A stretch of 64,000 nucleotides of DNA from Myxococcota bacterium (GTDB taxonomy: Bacteria > Myxococcota_A > Polyangia > Nannocystales > Nannocystaceae), in assembly GCA_039028615.1 (NCBI GenBank), contig JBCCHT010000023.1:128001-192000 (forward strand). Direction: 5' to 3'. The position numbers were made by a program, and so were the translations under genes. The notes beneath the pieces are model-generated. The model worked only from the letters and a program-made list of their open reading frames with translations, was not told where the DNA came from and made no database searches. Shown piece after piece: positions 38,106 through 47,397 of this stretch (within the stretch, counting starts at the first letter, position 1; the number at the start of each line of letters is the position of its first letter).

Positions 38106-39209
38106 CTACGGCATGCAGCAGACGGTCGTCGGCTGGACCAACACGGCCTCGCCCGTGGGGAACACGGACGACGCGGTGCACGAGGGGCCCGCCACGTCGG
38201 GGGCTTCCCACTCCACCGACATCGGCGTGGAGGCTCCGAAGGCATCGGCGCTCAGCCCCGTGCCCGACACGGTGATCTCGCTCGTCTCGTTCGAGCAGCT
38301 GCCGTCGTCGAAGATGTGCAGCTGGGTCTCGCAGATGACGTCGCTGGCTGCGGGCGCGTTGCAGGTGCACGTGGCACAGCCGCGCTGGTCGTCGACATCC
38401 TCGGCCCCGAACATGCGCAGGGGGAAGGCGGTGGGACAGGCCACGTCACCTTCTTGGTAGATGCACGCCGAGCCCAGCTGGCTGCCCGCGCCTTCGGGGA
38501 AGCACTGCTCTCCCGCGTCGCAGCCGAGATCGGTCAGCTCGCCCTCGCACACACGAAGGCTCCCCCCCCAGGAAAGCTCGGGGATGGTGACCGAAGGCTG
38601 TGCCGGACACGAAGGCGATGAGGCGGGATCCGCGAACACCCCGCGACCGCAGATGTGTCCTTGTGCCACCGACGTGCAGACCCCCGGCCCCGGAGTATCG
38701 ACGCCCGTGGCCCCGACGCACGCGGCGGGCGGGCCCTGCAGCACGGTCACGTCGCCGCAGTCCGCGGTCAGCGACCCGCAGGTGCAGCCGCAGGTTCCGT
38801 CGGGTGCGAACAGCTCGGTCTGGAGATCGAAGGCGCTGCCGAAGCGAGCCGAGCAATCGCCCTGCTCGGGATCGACGACCTCCACCGGTCCCGTCCATCC
38901 CGCGGGCACGGCGACGCAGGTCCCGTCTACGCGGCAGCCCTGGGCGGGGCCCGTCTCCGTCGTATCGTCGGCAGTCGTGGGATCATCGGCCGAGCTGGTC
39001 GAGCCCGTGGTGCTGCCCGAGTCGCCGTCTCCGGTCGCCGGCGGATCGTCGCTCGTCTGACCATCGCTGGTCGCCACGTTCGAGGTTGCATCGGTGGCAC
39101 CGGCTTGGGTCCCCGAGCTCCCCTCTTCGTCATCGGTGGCCTCGGGAGGGTTGAAGCACCCGCCAGCAACGACGGAAGAACACAGCAAGAGCACGCGAAC
39201 GTAGTCCAT
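38106..39209 (-). CDS. Cys-rich lipoprotein
   Basis: AGGC lipobox, Ser/Thr/Asp linker, many Cys, ends TVCCMP. Confidence 0.85.
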   Translation of the reverse strand: MDYVRVLLLCSSVVAGGCFNPPEATDDEEGSSGTQAGATDATSNVATSDGQTSDDPPATGDGDSGSTTGSTSSADDPTTADDTTETGPAQGCRVDGTCVAVPAGWTGPVEVVDPEQGDCSARFGSAFDLQTELFAPDGTCGCTCGSLTADCGDVTVLQGPPAACVGATGVDTPGPGVCTSVAQGHICGRGVFADPASSPSCPAQPSVTIPELSWGGSLRVCEGELTDLGCDAGEQCFPEGAGSQLGSACIYQEGDVACPTAFPLRMFGAEDVDDQRGCATCTCNAPAASDVICETQLHIFDDGSCSNETSEITVSGTGLSADAFGASTPMSVEWEAPDVAGPSCTASSVFPTGEAVLVQPTTVCCMP

Positions 39210-39300
39210 GGCGAGGTGATTTGCCGGCGAGGCCGATGGCTTGTCAAGGGGCCAGAAGCCCTCGCGCTCGCCGCCATGTAGTCCAGCGGAGCACGAGGGC

Positions 39301-39870
39301 CTACGACGCCAGCCGCCTCGCCTGCCCCAGCCCGTGGCCCGGTACCCCCATATCGCGCCGCAACAGGTTCAGACCGCGATGCAGTCGGCTACGAACGGTG
39401 GCCACCGGGAGATCGAGATCACGGGCGAGCCGCGTGCCCGTGTGCCCCATGAAGTGGTAGCGCTCCATGGCATCCCGGTACGACTCGGGCAGCCGGGCCA
39501 CGTGATGGCGCACGGCTCGAAGCTCGGGCAGCAGGGCCAGGCTCGCCGCACCGCACAACTCGTCGGGCTCGTCGCTGGCGCGGTGGAACTTGGTCTCGAT
39601 CCGCTGCCGTGCGCGATTCGGATACAAGACCCGACGCGCGATGCACAAGACGAAGGTCGTGACCCGGCTGTCGCCGCGGAAACGATCGCGCGCCTGCACG
39701 CACGCGAGGATGGTCTGCTGGGTCAGGTCTTCGGCCTGCTCGGGGCAGCGGGAGCCGAAATAGCGGAGCAGAACCTTCCGCAAGGCACGAAATAGGCGGT
39801 CTCCCGCCACGGCATCGCCGTGGCGCCACAGGTCCCAGTCACGCTGGAGTTGCTCGGATTCCGTCATCAC
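39301..39870 (-). CDS. ECF RNA polymerase sigma factor
   Basis: AEDLTQQT, RFRGDSRVTTF, region 4 LPVATVRSRLHRG. Confidence 0.9.
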   Translation of the reverse strand: MMTESEQLQRDWDLWRHGDAVAGDRLFRALRKVLLRYFGSRCPEQAEDLTQQTILACVQARDRFRGDSRVTTFVLCIARRVLYPNRARQRIETKFHRASDEPDELCGAASLALLPELRAVRHHVARLPESYRDAMERYHFMGHTGTRLARDLDLPVATVRSRLHRGLNLLRRDMGVPGHGLGQARRLAS

Positions 39871-39929
39871 CCCTGAGGCGACGCCCGGAGCCGAAACCCA
39901 ACACGCGAGTCACTTTTTTTTCGAGTCGC

Positions 39930-40583
39930 TCAGAACACGCGCACGGTCTCGCCCAGACGCACCGTCGCCCCGGCCTCGCGAGCCTGGCGAAGGTCGGCGC
40001 CGAGCGTCCCCGAAGCCGGGAGGGGAGCACCCGACACGGCCCGCAGGATGACCGGCTGATAGCGACCCGGCTGCGGGACCACGAACGAAAGGCGCAGGCC
40101 CTGCGGACCGGTTTCGCACGTGGCGGACGTACAGCGGGCGAGCAACTCGCGGCCGTTGCGATAGATCCGCAGCTCGGCCCCCCCCTGCGCGGGCACGTCC
40201 AGGGTGATGGTGCTGCCCACCGCCGCGTGACCACGAACGCCGTCGGGGCCCTCGATGGAGACGCGCAGCAGACCCGAGCCGTGGCTCGAGCCCGGATCCA
40301 CGGGCGGAGCGGGGCTGGAGAGCACGAGCACCAACGCCGCGGCCGCGGCCACCACGATGCCGATGGCCACCCCGTTGAAGCGTGAGGGCTCGGGCTGTGC
40401 CGTCGCCAAGGCGCGCTCGAGCACTTCATCTTTCCAGCCGTCGTCGTCCTCGGCGGGCGCGCGGTCGAGCCCTTCCAGCAAGCCGACCACCTCGGCGTGA
40501 CGCTCGGCCCACCCTTCGGATCCGGGCGGGACCGGCTCCCCGCGCTCGATCGCGAGATAGGCCTCGAGCTCCTCGTCGCTCAT
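39930..40583 (-). CDS. Putative membrane anti-sigma factor
   Basis: Short cytoplasmic N-terminus, single TM (VAIGIVVAAAAALVLVL), beta-rich extracytoplasmic domain; ATGA overlap with the upstream sigma gene. Confidence 0.7.
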   Translation of the reverse strand: MSDEELEAYLAIERGEPVPPGSEGWAERHAEVVGLLEGLDRAPAEDDDGWKDEVLERALATAQPEPSRFNGVAIGIVVAAAAALVLVLSSPAPPVDPGSSHGSGLLRVSIEGPDGVRGHAAVGSTITLDVPAQGGAELRIYRNGRELLARCTSATCETGPQGLRLSFVVPQPGRYQPVILRAVSGAPLPASGTLGADLRQAREAGATVRLGETVRVF

Positions 40584-41158
40584 GCCCGAGCTCCGTGGGT
40601 ATCGAGGCACTGCCGCAGCGACCGAAGGGAACGAGCGACGCGCATCTGCGCGGCCGCGGTCGAGGCCCGCACCACCGCGGCGATTTCTTCATAGCGCAGG
40701 CCGATGATGTGTCGCAGCCACACCACCTCGCGGTTCGGCACCGACAGCTCGCCCAGGCACCGATCGATGATGCTGCGCAGGGCCAGGCGATCGGCCGGAC
40801 CCTCGTCGACTGCGCTCGACTGCTGCGCTTCGACCACGGCCAGTCGCGCGGCCCGGCGTCGGTCGGCCTTGCGACGATCGAGCGCCCGGTTGCGAGCGAT
40901 GCTCAGCAGCCAGGTGCGCCAGGTACTCCGGCCTTGGAACGAAGACAGGTCGCGGTAGGCCTCGATGAACACGACCTGGCGCAGGTCTCGGGCCTCGGCC
41001 TCGCTGTCGGTGAAGCGACGGCAGAAGGCGAGCACCACCCCGCCGTGCATATCCATCAGCGCCCGCATGGCCGTCTCCACGTCGCCCGCCCGTACATGGC
41101 GATCGATCTCGGCCTCCTCGGGCGGATTCCGCATGTCGACCGATGATGCCGGGCTCAC
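40580..41158 (-). CDS. ECF RNA polymerase sigma factor
   Basis: EARDLRQVVF, FQGRSTWRTWLLSIARNRALD, YEEIA. Start could be ATG 41134. Confidence 0.92.
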   Translation of the reverse strand: MSPASSVDMRNPPEEAEIDRHVRAGDVETAMRALMDMHGGVVLAFCRRFTDSEAEARDLRQVVFIEAYRDLSSFQGRSTWRTWLLSIARNRALDRRKADRRRAARLAVVEAQQSSAVDEGPADRLALRSIIDRCLGELSVPNREVVWLRHIIGLRYEEIAAVVRASTAAAQMRVARSLRSLRQCLDTHGARA

Positions 41159-41191
41159 CCCCGCGAGGAAAGACCCCGCGAGGGACGGACC

Positions 41192-42016
41192 TCAGCTACA
41201 GCTGCACTGCTCCTTCCAGAAGCTGTTGCATTCGCTCTTCTTCACCGTGTCGATCTTGTCGCAGACGTAGCTGCACGGCTCCGCGCACGTGTCCTTGCAG
41301 GTCGCTGGATCGCACGCATCGGCGCACGCGCTCTCGCACTGCTCGGGATTGTCCTCTTCTTTGTCCTCGCAGATCATGAGGACCTCGCCGGGGGGCTTGA
41401 GCGACGCGCAGACGCCTTCGGTGCAGCCCGCCCACGCCGAACATGTCCCCCCGGGGGGCTCCCCGGTCTCGCTGAACGAAACCGGGATCCCCTCGACGTT
41501 CTGCAGCGTCCAGACGACATCCGGGTCGTCGACCCCGGGCAGCGAATCGATGATGTCCGGCGTCCCGACGACCAGCGTCAGCGGCGTCTGGAAGCTCCAG
41601 CTCGACAGGTCGCCGATGACCTCACCCGCGGAGGGCGCGAACAGAAACCAGCAATTGCCCCAAAACCCATCGCTGCCTGGCTGACCGCCTTCGTCGCCGG
41701 CACCTTCGGCGATCATGGCGGTGAAATCCCAGTTCATGCCGCTTGCGCCCGCGAAGGTCGGTCCTCGGAGCGTGAACTCGAGGCTCCGGTCCTGCTTCCG
41801 AATGGCCCCGATGTTCTTCCCTCCGGCGTAGGCCCCGAACGACTCCAGCGTACGATCGAGTCGCGGCTTGGCCTGCGACGTCTGCGTCGGTCCCGGCTCC
41901 GTGGTGGTATCGGGGCCCTCGGTCTTGTTCTTGCCCGGAACACAGCTGGCACCCATCGCCGCGGCGAGGGCGATGCCGATGATGCACGTCAGGCGGGTTC
42001 GGCTCTCGTCGTTCAT
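41192..42016 (-). CDS. Hypothetical lipoprotein with Cys-rich C-terminus
   Basis: MNDESRTRLTCIIGIALAAAMGASC; ATGA overlap with the CHAT gene stop; CxxxC repeats at the C-terminus. Confidence 0.8.
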   Translation of the reverse strand: MNDESRTRLTCIIGIALAAAMGASCVPGKNKTEGPDTTTEPGPTQTSQAKPRLDRTLESFGAYAGGKNIGAIRKQDRSLEFTLRGPTFAGASGMNWDFTAMIAEGAGDEGGQPGSDGFWGNCWFLFAPSAGEVIGDLSSWSFQTPLTLVVGTPDIIDSLPGVDDPDVVWTLQNVEGIPVSFSETGEPPGGTCSAWAGCTEGVCASLKPPGEVLMICEDKEEDNPEQCESACADACDPATCKDTCAEPCSYVCDKIDTVKKSECNSFWKEQCSCS

Positions 42017-44343
42017 GGTTCCTCTGGTTTGTACGCGTCCTGGCCGGATCGATTGACAAAAGGCATGCCGATGACGACGTAGGGGCTCCATCGCTCGGGA
42101 GACCACCCTTCGGCGTGGAGCTCCCGCTGCGCCTGCGCCAGCGCCCCGACGGGGTCGACCGCCCCACCTCGGGCATGGAAGCGACCGAGCAGCTCGGCCG
42201 CGTCGGCGTCGTCGACCGAGCGCAGGGTCGCCACCACCCGCTGACTGCCCGCCGCGACGAAGGCCGCCGGCAGAGCGCCCCAAAACCCGGGCTCGTCGTC
42301 GAAGGCAGAGCGGCACCCGGCCAGCACCACGTGCCGCGGCGCCGCGGGCCACTTGGCGATCTCGTCGGCGTAGACGCGGCCATCGGCGAGCTCGAGCCAC
42401 GCGCCCTGGGCATCGGTGCCCGTGTGCACGGCGATGTGCCACAGCCCGAGATCGGCCGCCGACAGGGCCCCGCGATCGGCCTCGAGCCCGCTGACCACGG
42501 GCAGGCCGAGCTGAAACCCGAGGGTGTCGGCCGCCGCTCGAGCGGCGGGCAGGTCGAGCTTGGCGTCGGCCATGACCAGCCCTCCCCCGTCGTTGGCTCG
42601 GCCCGCCTCGTCCTGCGCCCAGGCGACCGCGCTGGTGAGGCTCGGCATGAGGCTCAGCGAATGCTCGACGAGCAAGGGCTGCCCCGCGACACGGAGCGCG
42701 GCCCACGGAATGCCTTCGAGCCCCGGCTCGGTGACGATCAACACGGGCATCCCCGCGGGCAGACGCTCGGGCAACGGCGCGAGGACCTGCTCCAGCTGGG
42801 CCCATGCCTCGGGGGACTGGCCCATCGCCCGCTCGACCACGCGCCGGAGCTCGTCTCGGCCCATCCCCACGCTCCGCGAGTGCCAGCCCTGCCCGTCGTA
42901 GGTCAGCTGAAAGGTCTCGTCGGGCGTGACCATGTGCGCGACGACGGCGATGCCCGGCGGCAACGACAACGACGCCGCATGCTCGGGGCCCGTGGCCTGC
43001 CCGGGCTGGGCCCAGGCCTCGACTCGGGACGACAGGGTCTCGAGCCACGCGGCGACCGATCGAACGCGCAGCGACTGCGGGTCCTTGGCCCGCAGCGCCT
43101 CCACCAGGGCCCGGCCTCGCGCCAGCTCGTAGACTTCGAGCGCCTCTTCGATGCGCGCGCCCTCGAGCAGCCGCGCCACCAACCGCTCGTAGGGCTCTCG
43201 TCGCTCCTGCGCCGTCCAGCTGCGAAAGTCGTGCCCGGAGGACTCCCCGCGGAGGTGTTCGACGGTGGCCACGGCCGACCGCAGCACGGCCTCGGCCCGC
43301 TCTGCGTGCCCCTGCGCCGACAAGGCCCGCGCCTGGATCGTCTCGAGCTTCCACCGCCAGTCGGGCACGACCTCTCCGTCGAGCCCCTCGGCGACCCGCT
43401 GGAGGGCCGCCGCCGGATCGCTCGTGGCAAGCTCGACCCGCGCGGCGTACCACGCGGTGGAGGAACGCTGATTGTCGCTGGGAACGAAGTCGGGGTCTTC
43501 GTCTCGAACCAGGAAACCCGCGGCGGCATCGAGGCGCTGGCGAGCCTTCACCGTGTTGCCCAGCCGCAGCTCGTCCTCCACGAGGTTGAGGGACGCGGCC
43601 CGAGCCTCGAACCAACCCCCCGCCTGCTCGAAGTGCTCGAGCGCTTGCTCGAACGCCACCGCGGCTGCCTCCCACTCGTGGTCGAGCTCGGCGTGGATGC
43701 CCTCTTGAAAGAGCAAGCGCCCGTGCAATAGAGGATCGTCCGGGGCCACGCCCGCGCGCGCATGGGCCAGCCACTGCCGGGAGAGCCTCTGGGCCCCCAC
43801 GTCGCGCAAGAACTCCGACAGCGAGAGTCGATGCTCCAGCATGAGCGCCGGGTTGCCCGAGCGCTCGGCCACCGTCACCGCCGCCGCGTAGTGCTCGTGC
43901 GCCGCGGTGTGCTGCCCCGCGTCCCACAGCAGGTATGCCATGCGGGACTCGGCCACCGCGGCCTTGTTCCACACGCGCGCCTGCTGAAACCCGGTGGACG
44001 CCGCCCGATAGTGGACCAAGCCCGCCTCCAGCTCACCCTGGCGAAGCTCGATGCTCCCCAGCAAATAGTGGATGCCCGCCTGTTGCTCGCCCGGCTCGAC
44101 GCGCTCGAGCCACGCGGGCACCTCTTCGAGCCGCCCGGTGAGAAAGCTGCTCTTGGCCGCGTAGGCGCCCGCGTCCTTGCGCTCGTGGACCTCGAAGGCC
44201 TCGGTGCACTCGGTGCGGGCCGCTTCGTAGTCGCGCGCATCGAAGGCGGTTCGACACTCGGCCATGGCCTGGACCGCTTCGCTGCTGCCGCAACCCGAGG
44301 CCACCGTGAGCACCAAGATGCCGCGCCGTACGAGCCCTGCCAT
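42013..44343 (-). CDS. TPR-CHAT (caspase-like) protease with lipoprotein-type signal
   Basis: Start MAGLVRRGILVLTVASGC; TPR region; LEGIPWAAL, WHIAVHT (His), VVLAGC (Cys), VVATLRSVDD, WSPYVVIG. Confidence 0.88.
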   Translation of the reverse strand: MAGLVRRGILVLTVASGCGSSEAVQAMAECRTAFDARDYEAARTECTEAFEVHERKDAGAYAAKSSFLTGRLEEVPAWLERVEPGEQQAGIHYLLGSIELRQGELEAGLVHYRAASTGFQQARVWNKAAVAESRMAYLLWDAGQHTAAHEHYAAAVTVAERSGNPALMLEHRLSLSEFLRDVGAQRLSRQWLAHARAGVAPDDPLLHGRLLFQEGIHAELDHEWEAAAVAFEQALEHFEQAGGWFEARAASLNLVEDELRLGNTVKARQRLDAAAGFLVRDEDPDFVPSDNQRSSTAWYAARVELATSDPAAALQRVAEGLDGEVVPDWRWKLETIQARALSAQGHAERAEAVLRSAVATVEHLRGESSGHDFRSWTAQERREPYERLVARLLEGARIEEALEVYELARGRALVEALRAKDPQSLRVRSVAAWLETLSSRVEAWAQPGQATGPEHAASLSLPPGIAVVAHMVTPDETFQLTYDGQGWHSRSVGMGRDELRRVVERAMGQSPEAWAQLEQVLAPLPERLPAGMPVLIVTEPGLEGIPWAALRVAGQPLLVEHSLSLMPSLTSAVAWAQDEAGRANDGGGLVMADAKLDLPAARAAADTLGFQLGLPVVSGLEADRGALSAADLGLWHIAVHTGTDAQGAWLELADGRVYADEIAKWPAAPRHVVLAGCRSAFDDEPGFWGALPAAFVAAGSQRVVATLRSVDDADAAELLGRFHARGGAVDPVGALAQAQRELHAEGWSPERWSPYVVIGMPFVNRSGQDAYKPEEP

Positions 44344-44405
44344 GGCGGCATGGAGCGTGACACGGCACCGCGGCCGTTCACAAGTCACGCGTTCGGGAAC
44401 GGTGA

Positions 44406-45797
44406 TCAGCCGGGGTCGAACACCGACAGCACCGACTTCGAACCCGGTTCGAGCACGACCGTGTCGATATCGACGTTCGGGTTGCCCGGGTCGTTGAGCG
44501 TGAGCCCCAGGTTCGGGCTCACCAGCTCGATGCCCCATCGGGGTCGTCCCGGCCCCTTCGATCGCCACGCTCGCCAGCGCTTGAAGTGGAACCCGGGGTT
44601 CGGATCGGAGATCACGCTGAAGCCCTCGGGCGGCGAGTCGGGGTCGTTGCGACGGGCCACGAAGACCTTGCTGCCGAGGTACCTCGTGGACAAGGCGAAG
44701 ACCCCGTCTTCGCCGGGCAGGCACTCGACCTTGAACCGCTGCTGCTCGGTGATCTCCGCCGTCGAGCCCAGCGCCCAGGCCTGGAGTCGCTGACCCGGAC
44801 CGCGACCGGTGAGCCATCGATTCTGGTTTCGCATGCGAACGGCGATGGTGCGGCCGTCGAGGGTCTCGCAGAAGTTGGGCGAGTAGAGCACGCGCAGGGC
44901 CTGCTGGTCCGCCGCCGTCCACTGGGTGCCGTTGCCTTCGAAGTTGGTTGCCATGATCGACTGCGTGGCCGCAGCATCGTCCGCCCGAATGGAGAAGGGC
45001 ACCTGCAAGGGCAGCGAGCCAGGGGTGCACTCGCGGGACTCGTTGGTGTCCGAGGCCCAGCCGCACCAGTCGGTGTGATGAAGTCCCGCGGTGTGCCCCA
45101 GCATGTGCATCATCAAGTTCGTGGCCTGCGGCACGTCGAGGCTGGGCACCGTGCAGGCATTGAGCATGATCGTGCTGCCCGCCCGACCGCTGGCCGGCAT
45201 GTTCGCGAACGCGTGCTTGCCCCCGGGCACGGGTGAGGAGGTATCCAGCGTGATCTTTTGTCCGTCGCCGCTCGAGCACCAGCTCTTGGCCACGAACTGC
45301 AGCCCCAGCCCCAGCTCGGCCGAGTTCCACGCCGCGGTGGCGTTTTCCAGGCCGACCCGCAGGGCCTGCCACCGATGAACCCCGGCAATGTCGCCGAGCT
45401 CTACACAGACCGAGGTCCGCTCGCCCGTCTGGTTCAAGTGATCATAGTCGACGTCGATGGTGTTCCAGTCGCCGCTTTGGCGGCTGACGAAGTGGCGAAA
45501 GGCATGTCCCTCCCCGCCCTCCGACCCGCCGTGCCCGGCCAGCGTGCGCGAGGCGTCGAGACCGACGATGGCGTCGCCCCCGAGCACGACCCGCGACTGG
45601 CCCGCGAGCGTCATCACCTCGAAGGCATCGTCTTCGAATCCCGCGGTACGAAGATTGGCCACGATCTCGTCCGTGACCTGCGTCGCCTCATCGGCGCTCG
45701 CAGGATCCGAGGTGGTATCGCAGCCACCCAAGGTCAGCACGAGGACCACCGCTCGCACGGCGGTCCTCTGTGGAGATCGATCATCGGCTCTACGCAT
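44406..45797 (-). CDS. M57 (protease B)-like lipoprotein lacking the catalytic Glu, with C-terminal beta-trefoil/fascin-like domain
   Basis: LGGC lipobox; IVANLRTAGF...GDAIVGLDASR pro-region; HMLGHTAGLHHTD; SIM Met-turn. Confidence 0.75.
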   Translation of the reverse strand: MRRADDRSPQRTAVRAVVLVLTLGGCDTTSDPASADEATQVTDEIVANLRTAGFEDDAFEVMTLAGQSRVVLGGDAIVGLDASRTLAGHGGSEGGEGHAFRHFVSRQSGDWNTIDVDYDHLNQTGERTSVCVELGDIAGVHRWQALRVGLENATAAWNSAELGLGLQFVAKSWCSSGDGQKITLDTSSPVPGGKHAFANMPASGRAGSTIMLNACTVPSLDVPQATNLMMHMLGHTAGLHHTDWCGWASDTNESRECTPGSLPLQVPFSIRADDAAATQSIMATNFEGNGTQWTAADQQALRVLYSPNFCETLDGRTIAVRMRNQNRWLTGRGPGQRLQAWALGSTAEITEQQRFKVECLPGEDGVFALSTRYLGSKVFVARRNDPDSPPEGFSVISDPNPGFHFKRWRAWRSKGPGRPRWGIELVSPNLGLTLNDPGNPNVDIDTVVLEPGSKSVLSVFDPG

Positions 45798-45829
45798 ATC
45801 GTCTAACTAGTCGCGCGTAGTCCGGCTCA

Positions 45830-46077
45830 CTATTCACGGCGCACCTGGTTTTCGGCGCTTCAGCGGGCCGCGAAACGGATACCCGAGCGCTTCCGCCCGC
45901 GTCGTGGGGAGCCCGATGAAAAGAGGGCGCAGCGCTGAATAGAACCCGTGGGGGTAGGTGACTACACCGTTGCAAGCGGGGACGAAGGCCATGAGGGCCT
46001 CCCCCGGACCGAGTGGTCCGTCGGCGACCTCGCTCCGAAGCGAGCGGGATCGCAAGCGACGAAGAGGGCGTAGTCAC
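45830..46077. other. Tandem fold-back intergenic element (structured RNA or MITE/REP-like)
   Basis: Two units closed by CTATTCA/TGAATAG and GTGACTAC/GTAGTCAC; both contain AAGAGGGCGYAG near the 3' end; several perfect internal hairpins. Confidence 0.55.
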
Positions 46078-46112
46078 GGCGAGGCTGCGCAGAGTTTTTT
46101 CGAGGAACAACG

Positions 46113-47297
46113 ATGGTCGTATCGAACAGAATGTGTGGTCTGTTGGCGCTGAGCATCACTCTCGCGGCATGCGGGGGCGACGATGAACGAGGCTTCGGCT
46201 CGGGAGAGTCCGGCATCAATACGGCGGGCGCTGCCGACGAGACCGGAGTCGCCACGGGCGACGGCGGCGAGGACGAGGTCGAGACCATGGGCGCCGACGG
46301 GACCGGCGGCGACGGAGCCGAGGACGAAGATACCGGCTACATGCCCAAATTCGACATCGGACCGGGCAATACCGGCACCGGCGAAGAAGAGGAGTGCGCC
46401 GAGTTCGACGAGCAGGCCGAGCTCATCCCCGTGCCCGCCGACATCATCATCGTCGTCGACAACTCCGGCTCCATGGGGTTCGAGGCCAGCGAGGTCCAGG
46501 CCCGCCTCAACGACTTCTCCAATCAGATCATCGCCAGCGGCGTCGACGTCCGCGTGGTGCTGATCTCCAGCTACCCCGACGACGGCAACGGCATCTGCAT
46601 CGACGCCCCGCTGGGGAGCGGCGGCTGCCCCAACTCCGACAACGCTCCGCCGACCTTCACTCACGTGGACGAGGAAGTCGGCAGCCACGATGCGTGGGAG
46701 CGACTGGTCGACACCCATGGCCAGTGGTCGAGCGTGATCCGGCCGGGGTCCATCAAGCACCTGGTGGTCGTCACCGACGACACCTCGCATACCGACCTCG
46801 ACGAGTTCACGGACGACTTTGCCGCCCTGAGCCCCGACTACGTGGACTACGTGCACCACTCGGTGGTGTGCCACTCGGACTGCGAGAGCGCAGCGGGCAT
46901 CGGCGAGAACTACATCAACCTCTCCAACAACACGGGCGGCGTGGCGGCCGACCTGTGTGACCAGGACTTCCAGGCGGTCTTCGACGTGCTCACCACCGAG
47001 GTGATCGGCGGCAGCCAGCTGTCGTGCGAGTTCCAGCTCCCCGAGCCCCCCGAGGGCTTGGAGTTCGACCCCGACGAGGTCAACGTGGAGTTCGACGACG
47101 GCATGGGCGGCGTGCTGCTCATCGGCCGCGTCGAATCGGCGGCCGAGTGCGAGGCCGTCGCCGACGGCTGGTACTACGACGATCCCGTCGCACCGACCTC
47201 CATCATCATGTGCCCGCAGACCTGCGAATCGTTCCAGGGCTCGATCTCTGGATCGGTGAACTTCGAGCTCGGTTGCGCAACCGTACCCGCCGGCTGA
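46113..47297 (+). CDS. vWA-domain lipoprotein
   Basis: LAAC lipobox; MIDAS DNSGS; VVVTDD; C-terminal FDPDEVNV...GWYYDDP...CPQTC. Confidence 0.88.
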   Translation: MVVSNRMCGLLALSITLAACGGDDERGFGSGESGINTAGAADETGVATGDGGEDEVETMGADGTGGDGAEDEDTGYMPKFDIGPGNTGTGEEEECAEFDEQAELIPVPADIIIVVDNSGSMGFEASEVQARLNDFSNQIIASGVDVRVVLISSYPDDGNGICIDAPLGSGGCPNSDNAPPTFTHVDEEVGSHDAWERLVDTHGQWSSVIRPGSIKHLVVVTDDTSHTDLDEFTDDFAALSPDYVDYVHHSVVCHSDCESAAGIGENYINLSNNTGGVAADLCDQDFQAVFDVLTTEVIGGSQLSCEFQLPEPPEGLEFDPDEVNVEFDDGMGGVLLIGRVESAAECEAVADGWYYDDPVAPTSIIMCPQTCESFQGSISGSVNFELGCATVPAG

Positions 47298-47309
47298 TGC
47301 CGGTGGCGA

Positions 47310-47373
47310 GGGCTTTCGGGCCGGGGCGGATCCTCCACACGCCACCCTCAGGATCCGCTCCGGTTCGGAGCCC
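47310..47373 (+). terminator. Long imperfect hairpin downstream of the vWA gene
   Basis: GGGCTTTCGGGCCGGGGCGGATCCT pairs with AGGATCCGCTCCGGTTCGGAGCCC using G-U wobbles. Confidence 0.45.
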
Positions 47374-47397
47374 GCGATAAATTCGAGGAATGTCGTC

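Noticed and set aside
39905..39928. CGAGTC direct repeat around a T8 tract upstream of the second ECF gene
   Set aside because: Could be an ECF promoter/UP element, but I could not assign convincing -35/-10 boxes.
41192..43972. 926-aa ORF as a single protein
   Set aside because: Only the part from ATG 42016 looks like a real lipoprotein; the rest is an off-frame shadow of the CHAT gene.
45958..46020. c-di-GMP-I / c-di-AMP riboswitch, or IS200/IS605 end
   Set aside because: Only fragments resemble the consensus (ACC...GCAA...GGGAC; GGGGTAGGTGAC). The required P3 and other pairings were not found, and no tnpA/tnpB is nearby.
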